Of a stretch of 45,318 nucleotides of DNA, positions 1 to 7,817 are shown piece by piece (the stretch's first letter is position 1; the number at the start of each line of letters is the position of its first letter). Location of the stretch: contig JAYENL010000069.1 of assembly GCA_034722055.1 (NCBI GenBank), forward strand, positions 1 to 45,318, read 5' to 3'. The notes beneath the pieces were generated by a model that saw only the letters and a program-made list of their open reading frames with translations, was not told the DNA's origin and did no database searches. Source of the stretch: Armatimonadota bacterium. Lineage in GTDB: Bacteria > Armatimonadota > Zipacnadia > Zipacnadales > UBA5352. The translations under genes and the position numbers were made by a program.

Positions 1-59
1 GTGGCGCCGTCGGGGATCCTCGCGACCGCTTCGGCAACCGGCATGGTCTTGCTGGGCAT
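1..59 (-). CDS. 5' part of a probable CoA-transferase (subunit A or fused type), truncated by the window edge
   Basis: Not in the ORF track. ATG at 59 follows AGAGGTG and reads MPSKTMPVAEAVARIPDGA, resembling the 'AEAVA-IPDGAT' start of family I CoA-transferases. It lies downstream of thiolase/hbd/reductase on the same strand. Confidence 0.6.
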   Translation of the reverse strand, partial: MPSKTMPVAEAVARIPDGA

Positions 60-191
60 GCGGTTCACCTCTGAACGGAAGCTGTCAGCATCGTACCGCG
101 AGCCACCGGCAGCGGCATGATGCTGCCATCCGCCCGCTGCATCCATGTTCGCGCTGCCGCGTGCTGGTAGCCGATCGCTGGTAGGTGGCAG

Positions 192-950
192 CTACATGCG
201 CAGGCCGCCGTTGACAGACAGGACGTGGCCGGTGATGTAACGGGCATCCTCGGACGCCAGGAAGGCCACGGCCCCGGCGACGTCCTCAGGCGCCCCAAGC
301 TCACCCATAGGGATGCTCTCCACGACCGTCGCAAGGATGTCGTCGGGAATGGCGCGCGTCATCTCGGTATCGATGAACCCCGGCGCGACCGCGTTGACCG
401 TCACGCCCTTGCGCGCCAGCTCCCGCGCCAGGGACTTCGTCATGCCGATGATCCCGGCCTTGCTGGCTGCGTAGTTGGTCTGGCCGAAGTTGCCCATGAG
501 CGCCACGACCGAGGAGATGCTGACGATGCGCCCCCAGCCGCGTTGGGCCATCTGCTCGACGACCGCCCGCGTGCAGTTGAAGGCCCCGGTCAGGTTCACC
601 GCGATGACCCGATCCCACTCCTGGGGCGCCATCTTCCGCATGGTGCGGTCTGCGGTGATCCCGGCGTTGTTGACCAGCACGTCCACCCCGCGCAGGCGGG
701 CGGTCACATCCTCGACCATGTCGGCCACGGCTTCGCGGTCGGTGACGTCGGCCTCAACGCAAACGGCCTCGACGCCGGTCTCGCGCGCCTGCTCGGCCAC
801 GGCGTCGGCCTCGGCGGCGTTGTCGCGCCCGGGCTCCTCGATGTAGTTGACCGCGACGTCGTGCCCGTCCTCCGCCAGTCGCAGCGCGATCGCCTTACCG
901 ATGCCGCGCGATGCGCCGGTCACCAGCGCCACGCCTCTGTCCGACCCCAT
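192..950 (-). CDS. SDR family acetoacetyl-CoA reductase / 3-oxoacyl-ACP reductase (PhaB/FabG-like)
   Basis: TGASRGIG, NNAGIT, YAASK catalytic motif and PGFIDTEM. NFGQTNY and 'DRTMRKM' look PhaB-like. Start set at ATG 950 after AGGAAGGTGA. Confidence 0.88.
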   Translation of the reverse strand: MGSDRGVALVTGASRGIGKAIALRLAEDGHDVAVNYIEEPGRDNAAEADAVAEQARETGVEAVCVEADVTDREAVADMVEDVTARLRGVDVLVNNAGITADRTMRKMAPQEWDRVIAVNLTGAFNCTRAVVEQMAQRGWGRIVSISSVVALMGNFGQTNYAASKAGIIGMTKSLARELARKGVTVNAVAPGFIDTEMTRAIPDDILATVVESIPMGELGAPEDVAGAVAFLASEDARYITGHVLSVNGGLRM

Positions 951-989
951 TGCACTCACCTTCCTGGCGCGGAGAGGGCGAGATCGGCG

Positions 990-1841
990 TCACCGGCCGT
1001 ACTCGTGGAACCCCTCGCCGCTTTTGCGGCCCAGCTTGCCCGCCGCCACCATCTCGACCAGCTCCGGCGGCACCTCGAACCGCGGGTGGCCGGTCTGCTC
1101 GTGGAGTGACTGCAGCAGCGCGAGGCACACGTCCAGCCCGATCAGATCCGCGGTAGCGAGCGGGCCCATGCGGTGCCCCAGGCCCAGTTCCATGGCGCCG
1201 TCGATGTCCTCCGGCTCCGCGCCCTGGCGCCAGATGTCGATTGCCGCCGACAGCAGAGCGGCGAAGCCGCAATTCACCAGGAAGCCCGGAATGTCCGGCG
1301 CCAGCCTGGCCTCCTTGCCCATGCGCTCACACAGCGCCACGGCAGCGTCAGTCACCTCCGGCAGCGTGCGCTCTCCGGGGATGACCTCCACCAGCTTCAT
1401 GGCCGGCGCGGGGTTGAAGAAGTGCGTGCCGATGAAGCGCTCCGGCCGCCCGGACATCTCCGCCAGTCGGCTGATGGGGAGCGTCGAGGTATTGCTGGCG
1501 ATGACTGCGTGCTGGGGCGCGTCCTCGCCGGCGCGCTCCAGCACCTCCGCCTTCACCTCAAGGTCCTCAAAGACCGCCTCGGTCACCCAGTCGGCCTCGC
1601 GGAGGGGCTCCCGGCTGGTCGTCCAGGTGATGCGCTCACGCGCCTGGGCCGCCTGCTCCTCGGTGAGCTTCTCGCGCTCGATCCCGCCCCGGAGCGATTC
1701 GTCCAGCATCCCGCGGCTGCGCTCCAGGGCCTCCCGGGAGGTGTCGATGAGCTGCACCTCGATACCCGCCTGGGCCGCCACCTGCGCGATGCCGGTGCCC
1801 ATGGTGCCGGCCCCGATGATCGTCATTTGCTCAACGTTCAT
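990..1841 (-). CDS. hbd: 3-hydroxybutyryl-CoA / 3-hydroxyacyl-CoA dehydrogenase
   Basis: GAGTMG Rossmann motif, EAVFE, ASNTS, HFFNP, MGPL...D-IGLD and GKLGRKSGEGF. ATG 1841 after GGGAGG. Confidence 0.9.
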   Translation of the reverse strand: MNVEQMTIIGAGTMGTGIAQVAAQAGIEVQLIDTSREALERSRGMLDESLRGGIEREKLTEEQAAQARERITWTTSREPLREADWVTEAVFEDLEVKAEVLERAGEDAPQHAVIASNTSTLPISRLAEMSGRPERFIGTHFFNPAPAMKLVEVIPGERTLPEVTDAAVALCERMGKEARLAPDIPGFLVNCGFAALLSAAIDIWRQGAEPEDIDGAMELGLGHRMGPLATADLIGLDVCLALLQSLHEQTGHPRFEVPPELVEMVAAGKLGRKSGEGFHEYGR

Positions 1842-1867
1842 CCGTCCTGCCTCCCTCAGGGCCGGCA

Positions 1868-3034
1868 TCACTGGCATTCGATGGCCATCGCCATGCCCAT
1901 GCCGCCGCCGACACACAGGGTCGCCAGCCCCAGCGCCAGGTCCCGTTTCTCCATCTCATGCAGCAGCGTAACCACAATGCGCGCGCCCGTGGCGCCAATG
2001 GGGTGCCCCAGCGCCACGCCGCTGCCATTCACGTTCACCCTCTCCTCCTCCATCCCCAACTCCCTGATGACCGCCAGCGCCTGGACGGCAAAGGCCTCGT
2101 TGAGCTCGATGAGGTCGAACTCATCCAGGGCGATGCCCGTCACCTCGCACAGCGTCCGGACCGCGTCCACCGGGCCCATTCCCATGACCTGCGGCTCCAC
2201 GCCTGCCCACGCGGAGCCGAGGATGCGGGCTCGAGCGGTCCAGCCCATCCGGTCCGCTCGCTCGCGGGACGCCACCAGCAGCGCCGCCGCGCCGTCGTTG
2301 ATGCCCGAGGCATTGCCGGCGGTAACGCAGCCGTCGCGCTTGAAGGCCGGCTTCAGCGCCGACAGGGCCTCCATGGACGTGTCCCGAGGGTGCTCATCTA
2401 CCGCAAGCGGCTCCTCGCCCGGTCGCGGCACCGGCACGATCTCGTCGGCGAACCGGCCCGAGGCGATGGCCGCACGCGCTCGCTCCTGGCTGCGCAGCGC
2501 CCAGGCGTCCATCTCCTGGCGCGTGATGCCCGTCCGGTCGGCGATCTCCTCGGCGGTCATCCCCATGACCATCCCCGTGATGGGACAGCGCAGCCCCTCG
2601 TCCGTGACGGCGTCCGCAAGCGTCACTGATCCCAGCCTGTGGCCCCATCGCAGCTCGCGCACGTAGAAGGGCGCCTGGCTCATGCTCTCCGTGCCGCCGG
2701 CGATGAGGATGTCACCCTCCCCCAGCGCGATGGCCCTGCGGGCCATGTCGATGGCGCGCATGCCCGAGGCGCACATCATGTTGATGGTGGAGCCGCACAC
2801 CGTCACCGGCAGTCCGGCCTCGACCGCCGCAGTGCGCGCCACGTTGGCGCCCGATCCGCCCTGGATGACCTGGCCGAAGATGACCTCATCGACCTCGACC
2901 GCCGGCACCTGGTTCCGATCCACCAGCTCGGCGATCAGCAGTGCTGCGAGGTCTCCCGCTGGCAGCTCCCTCAGCCCGCCGCCGAAGCGCCCGATGGGCG
3001 TGCGCACCGCATCGACGATGACTGTCTCAGGCAT
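1868..3034 (-). CDS. Acetyl-CoA C-acetyltransferase (thiolase)
   Basis: RTPIG, NMMCASG (catalytic Cys), NEAFA, GHPIGATG and CVGGG. RBS GGAGGAG. Confidence 0.95.
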   Translation of the reverse strand: MPETVIVDAVRTPIGRFGGGLRELPAGDLAALLIAELVDRNQVPAVEVDEVIFGQVIQGGSGANVARTAAVEAGLPVTVCGSTINMMCASGMRAIDMARRAIALGEGDILIAGGTESMSQAPFYVRELRWGHRLGSVTLADAVTDEGLRCPITGMVMGMTAEEIADRTGITRQEMDAWALRSQERARAAIASGRFADEIVPVPRPGEEPLAVDEHPRDTSMEALSALKPAFKRDGCVTAGNASGINDGAAALLVASRERADRMGWTARARILGSAWAGVEPQVMGMGPVDAVRTLCEVTGIALDEFDLIELNEAFAVQALAVIRELGMEEERVNVNGSGVALGHPIGATGARIVVTLLHEMEKRDLALGLATLCVGGGMGMAMAIECQ

Positions 3035-4455
3035 TGTGCTCCTCCCGCCACTTCCGTGTGTTGCGATCCATGGGTAATCCCGACCGGGATTATGGCGCAG
3101 TTGTGTGGCAGTGACCGACCGCCCGCGCGATCAGCGGCCGCTTCGTCCTCTACGGCCTCTGGAGTATGGTCGCTCCCGACACCTTCGTCCGCGGTGGCTG
3201 CGGTGGCATCCCGACCCTCGAACTCATGCCATACGATCCACAGCAGCACGCCCCACAGCAGCAGGCCCCCGTAGAGCTTGCTGGAGACGGCGAGCATCAG
3301 CAGACCATGCCACAGCGCCTCCTCGCGGAAGCCAAACGGCAGCGCCACCAGGCAGTATGCTGCGGCCAGGCCGCCGGCGAGCCACCAGAAGCGGCGCCCA
3401 CCGGGCTCGAGCTCCCTCACATAGACGGCCGCCGCGGCCATGGGGATCGCCAGCAGGAAGTAGGCATGGATTGCGGACTGGTTCTGTGCAAGGAGCACGG
3501 CCGTGAACAGCAGACCGAACTCAGCGAGATGAGCCGCAGGCGACAGCTCCTCCCAGCGCTTGCGCACCAGCAGAATCAGGACTGGCAGCATGAGCGCGGC
3601 CGCGGCGGCCCACGTCAGGGGCTTGACGAGGTGCTCATTACCGGGAAACGGTGAGCGCCCCTCCCAGGCAAACAGACGGCCCCAGAAGGCGGCAAAGTCC
3701 TGGTAGTTCACGCCGTAATCGACGCGGTCGAGATACCACAGAATGTGCTCCAGGTAGTCCATGTGGATGTCGGTACCCAGGACCGCCACGGAGATCACTG
3801 TGAGCAACACGATCCCGAGGACGGTGTAGGCCACCAGCCGCCAGCGACGCTTCAGCAGGGCGTAAAGCATCACAACCACCGCGGTGGGCTTGAAGAACAC
3901 CGCCAGGGCGAGGAGCCCGCCGGCCTGCAGGTCCCGGTGTCGGGCGGCCAGTGTGAGAACACCCATGATCAGCGCAGCGTTAAGGACGGTTGTCTGGCCC
4001 ACCTGCAGGGAGTGCCCCAGCGAGTAGAAGCTTGCCAGCAGCAGCGCGCCGACCGCCCCCCAGATGACACGCGTCGGCCCCCGCAAGTCACCGAGGAACC
4101 ATGGGCTGAGGAGCCTGACGAACACAAGCAGCGCGACCAGGCTGATGGTGGCCCACACGCGCTTGGCAATCTCCCACGGGAGCAGGGCCAGCGGCACAAA
4201 GAACAGGCTCGACAGCGGCGGATAGACGTTCAGGAACCGCGTCTTCCCGAACTCGGCGGCGATGGTCGATGCATTGGCGGCATCGTAGTAGTTGATCCCC
4301 CGCAGCAGACCCACTGCCCCCCCATGGAAGCACAGGTAGTCGTACATGTCAGCGCGCACGAAGGCCGTGGCAAGTCCCTCATCCAGCAGAACGCCACACG
4401 CCACCAGGTAGATGACCAATCCCAGAAGGCGCACGCGCTTGCCGCCTGGCCGCAC
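2971..4455 (-). CDS. GT87/DUF2029-like polytopic membrane glycosyltransferase
   Basis: Many hydrophobic segments; D..Y near the N-terminus, VYPP, GQ and FKP motifs. GTG 4455 follows GAGGAG. The hydrophilic C-terminal tail overlaps the thiolase start by 64 bp. Confidence 0.75.
   Translation of the reverse strand: MRPGGKRVRLLGLVIYLVACGVLLDEGLATAFVRADMYDYLCFHGGAVGLLRGINYYDAANASTIAAEFGKTRFLNVYPPLSSLFFVPLALLPWEIAKRVWATISLVALLVFVRLLSPWFLGDLRGPTRVIWGAVGALLLASFYSLGHSLQVGQTTVLNAALIMGVLTLAARHRDLQAGGLLALAVFFKPTAVVVMLYALLKRRWRLVAYTVLGIVLLTVISVAVLGTDIHMDYLEHILWYLDRVDYGVNYQDFAAFWGRLFAWEGRSPFPGNEHLVKPLTWAAAAALMLPVLILLVRKRWEELSPAAHLAEFGLLFTAVLLAQNQSAIHAYFLLAIPMAAAAVYVRELEPGGRRFWWLAGGLAAAYCLVALPFGFREEALWHGLLMLAVSSKLYGGLLLWGVLLWIVWHEFEGRDATAATADEGVGSDHTPEAVEDEAAADRAGGRSLPHNCAIIPVGITHGSQHTEVAGGAQCLRQSSSMRCARPSGASAAG
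3075..3092. promoter_or_regulatory. Perfect palindrome TAATCCCG-AC-CGGGATTA, candidate operator upstream of the thiolase operon
   Basis: 8-2-8 inverted repeat about 40 bp upstream of the thiolase ATG, overlapping a minus-strand CATAAT (-10-like) hexamer. Confidence 0.45.
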
Positions 4456-4581
4456 GGCGTTCGCTCCTCTCACAGCGGGGACAGGTCCCGTGCCACGTTC
4501 TCGCTCACGGGCGCGCAGACGGCAGCCCTTCGGGCGCGCCATCCGCCTGCGCCCCACGGCGTCGCCATCCGCCGCCGCCCG

Positions 4582-4610
4582 ACAATAGCATACGATTCGC
4601 GGTGGGTCAA
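4582..4610 (-). promoter_or_regulatory. Sigma-70-type promoter for the GT87-like gene
   Basis: Minus strand TTGACC-17 nt-TATTGT with an extended -10 TG. Confidence 0.55.
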
Positions 4611-4812
4611 CGCGCCTCAACCCCGCCCGGGCAGGGCCTCATCGTGTGTGTAGCGGTTGACTACGGATGGCGGATGGACGGCTGCCCGCCGTGTCATCGC
4701 GGAGGTTTCCAGGTTCCCTGCGCAGCAAGCGGATCCGATACATGAGGGTATGAACAGCTCCGCCGATGTTGCACCGCGGCCTCGGTCGCGGCCGGAGCAG
4801 CAAGCGCAGGCT

Positions 4813-7788
4813 TCAGGAGCGAGAGACGACCTCCCAGCCGCCGTCGCCGCTGCGGAGGTGCACCCGCGAGCCCACCGCCACCGTGGCCCGGCCCTCGTAC
4901 TGCAGCCACGGGGAGAACTCATCGGTCAACACCCCCGCCTGTGCGTCATATGAGAAGCCCGGATGGCGCGGGCAACGCAGGAGCGTCCTCTGCCCCACTG
5001 CCTCCACGCCGGACACCGGACAGACTCGCTGGCCCGTCCCGACGCGCACCAGCGCCTGCTCCGAAGCGGCCAACTCCACGCCCTCACCGGCCTCCTCCCA
5101 GACGCCATCCAGCTCCAGTGCGAAGCTCCCGTCCTCGCCCCGCATGACATTCACCAGCGGCAGCGGCGGCCTGGAGGCGACCTCCACGTCCAGGCCCGGC
5201 ATGCGGAAGCTGTTACAGTCATAGAGGTAGACGTCGGTGACCTCGCCGGAGCGCATGACCGCGGCGTAGCGGCCGTCCAGCCACACGCCCTGCCGCACCT
5301 GCACGGGCTCGCCCGGCTGGGGGCAGTAGTAGACCTCCGCCTCGATTTCGGGCTGGCCCGCCGAGCGAAGCCCGACGGCGACGGCATCGGCACGGTCGGG
5401 CGCGAGGTCCGCCACCTCCGCCAGGGCACGCTCAGCGTGCGTCGGCTCCCAGACGGCCACGAACCGGCTGCGCAGGTAAGCGCCGTCGCGACGGACGATG
5501 AGCTTGGGCATGCGGAACTGCTCCACGAGGCTGTGATCCTCGCCGCCGGCTGCCTCCGACCAGCACCGCCGCAGGCTCGGCACGGTGCAGGTGTACACAT
5601 CCGCCTCCCGGGGCTGGAGCATGTGCAGGTGCAGCGGCGGCAGCGCGCCGCCGTCCGCGATGAAGCTGGCCCGCATCGGCGCCTCCATCCGCCCACGATG
5701 AACGTCGCGGAACACCCCGTACCACGGATCCGGCTCGCCCTCGGCAAGCAGCCACTGCGGCAGGCCCTGCTCCACGCGCTGCTTCGCGTACTCATTGTAG
5801 GCCGGCGGCTCAAAGGGCTGACCATCGTCGGCGTAGCTCTCGGCCAGGTGCGCCGTCGGGGCGGACAGCTCCAGGCGCTGGTCGATCATGGCGCTCCCCT
5901 GCGCCATCCACTCGTGCGTGTCGCCGCCCTCCACGGTAAAGATGTCCACCACCGCGTTGTCATCCTCGCCCAGCGGCACCACCAGCAGGGCGCGGCGGTA
6001 GACCGGGCACTGCGGGTAGACGCGCTGCGACCGCGCCTCGACGACCTGCAGGCCCTGCGCGGCAGGATGCCAGCCGACCAGCGTCCCATGATCCTCGCAC
6101 CGCTCTTGATAGCGGCGATCGACCACCACCAGGTTGTGCCCCAGCGACCAGTCCGAGAACATGCGGTAGGTGTGCGCGTAGCCGATGTCGCTGACCAGCT
6201 CGCCCTCGTAAGCCCACAGGATCAGGTTGAGCATGTCGCGGTGGTCGTGGCCCCAGCTCCCGGAGTAGTGCAGGTGCGCCTGGATCTGGTTGCCGCGGTC
6301 CCGATGCCCGCGGGCGAGGGCCGCGTGCCCGAAGGACGGATAGATCAGCGGTGTGGTCTCCGCCGGCGCCGGGTGGCCCTTGGTGACCAGGGTGCTCCAG
6401 GTGTCGTGCATCATGATGTAGCTGCCGTCCGGGTAGACCATTCCCTCCAGCGTGGCGATGGCGCGACCCAGGTGCGGCATGTCGCGCGCCATGTCCAGGT
6501 CCTCGAAGCGCTCTCCGTCGATGGTGGAGACGAAGCCCGGCGGGTCCGTGTGACCGACGGACAGCAGGAGGGCCTTGGCCAGGCCGTAGATGTGCTGGCG
6601 AGCGTAGGACGGGCTCTCGGGGAAGATCCCGTCAGCCATCAGCGTCTTCTCGGCGAGCTGGCGGGCCTTCCAGGCCCCGTAGTGGACCAGCTCCGGCATC
6701 CCCGCCGCACGGCCGATGGCGGTGAGCCCCGCTATCTGATACGGGATGTAGTTGCTCAGCGCCGCGTAGGCCTCGGGGTAGCGGATGTCGTACCGGATGG
6801 CGTCGCGGGCGGTGTAGAGGAAGAGGTCGCGCTCGATGGTCTCCCGCGCATCGCCGCCGGCTGCGTCCGCATCCAGCTCGCGCCACACGTCGGCGCCCGC
6901 CACCAGGTCGTACCCGAGCGCGAGCTGCTTCGGCGCGCGGTTCGTCCCCGTGTGATACTTGTCGTACCAGATGCCCGCGTAGACCGTGATCTCATCCACG
7001 GGTCGGAAGCGTTCGATGCCCTCCACGTTCGGGCGCCCGCGGTGGATCTTCGGCCAGTGCGGCACCGCCCCCGCGAAGTCGTAGATGATCGCCGCCGCGC
7101 GGCGGGCGGCGGCCTCGTCACCGTCAACCGCGTAGAGGATCCCCAGCTCCCGCGCGGCCCGCGAAAGCTCGTGGACGCGCAGCGTGTCCATGAACTCCGC
7201 CTGCACGAAGGTCCGCCGGCCATCGGGCGCGTCGTGGTAGGGGTAGCGCTGCATCTCGCCCAGCGGCCCGGTGATCTCAAAGACGCCGGTGGGCGGGAAC
7301 AGCTCGAACGGATCGACGGCGTGGCCCTCGGTGCAGCGTATCTCATCCGGGCGGTCCGGCGTCCACTGCAGCCGGCCGCCGTCACCGGTGGGGCACGGCG
7401 GTGAAGCGTGGCCGGGCATGACGCGAGCATTCCCGGCGAGCCGATTCCGGCGTGGCACCAGCCCCAGCAGATCCTCCGGCTCCACAGCCAGGTAGGGCGC
7501 CATTCTCCGGCGCATCGCCGCCAGCTCATCGCGGGTGAGCCGGATCACAGCCCCGGACCAGGCCTCGCGGCCCTCCGACTGCTCCTCCACGACCTCCACG
7601 CGCTGGAAGGGCCCGCTGCGCTGCTCGCGAGGGAGCGGCTCCAGGCGCCGCACCCACTCCTCGGTGGGGTAGAACCCGCCGTAGTACTCCGCGGGGTCCA
7701 TCCCCTCGGGAAGCTGCGGCAGGGCGCAGGCCGCCGCACACAGCAGCGTCAGCAGTGCCACGGAAGGCAGGTGCCAGGTCATCGTCAT
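4813..7788 (-). CDS. Secreted heparinase II/III-like polysaccharide lyase family protein
   Basis: Signal peptide (MTMTWHLPSVALLTLLCAAACA). Helical domain with DG...ESPSY, followed by GHDHRDMLNLILWAYEGELVSDIGY and HNLVVVD, typical of Hepar_II_III domains. Confidence 0.8.
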   Translation of the reverse strand: MTMTWHLPSVALLTLLCAAACALPQLPEGMDPAEYYGGFYPTEEWVRRLEPLPREQRSGPFQRVEVVEEQSEGREAWSGAVIRLTRDELAAMRRRMAPYLAVEPEDLLGLVPRRNRLAGNARVMPGHASPPCPTGDGGRLQWTPDRPDEIRCTEGHAVDPFELFPPTGVFEITGPLGEMQRYPYHDAPDGRRTFVQAEFMDTLRVHELSRAARELGILYAVDGDEAAARRAAAIIYDFAGAVPHWPKIHRGRPNVEGIERFRPVDEITVYAGIWYDKYHTGTNRAPKQLALGYDLVAGADVWRELDADAAGGDARETIERDLFLYTARDAIRYDIRYPEAYAALSNYIPYQIAGLTAIGRAAGMPELVHYGAWKARQLAEKTLMADGIFPESPSYARQHIYGLAKALLLSVGHTDPPGFVSTIDGERFEDLDMARDMPHLGRAIATLEGMVYPDGSYIMMHDTWSTLVTKGHPAPAETTPLIYPSFGHAALARGHRDRGNQIQAHLHYSGSWGHDHRDMLNLILWAYEGELVSDIGYAHTYRMFSDWSLGHNLVVVDRRYQERCEDHGTLVGWHPAAQGLQVVEARSQRVYPQCPVYRRALLVVPLGEDDNAVVDIFTVEGGDTHEWMAQGSAMIDQRLELSAPTAHLAESYADDGQPFEPPAYNEYAKQRVEQGLPQWLLAEGEPDPWYGVFRDVHRGRMEAPMRASFIADGGALPPLHLHMLQPREADVYTCTVPSLRRCWSEAAGGEDHSLVEQFRMPKLIVRRDGAYLRSRFVAVWEPTHAERALAEVADLAPDRADAVAVGLRSAGQPEIEAEVYYCPQPGEPVQVRQGVWLDGRYAAVMRSGEVTDVYLYDCNSFRMPGLDVEVASRPPLPLVNVMRGEDGSFALELDGVWEEAGEGVELAASEQALVRVGTGQRVCPVSGVEAVGQRTLLRCPRHPGFSYDAQAGVLTDEFSPWLQYEGRATVAVGSRVHLRSGDGGWEVVSRS

Positions 7789-7817
7789 CGCTCTCCCCGG
7801 AGACGGCGGGTGCACCG

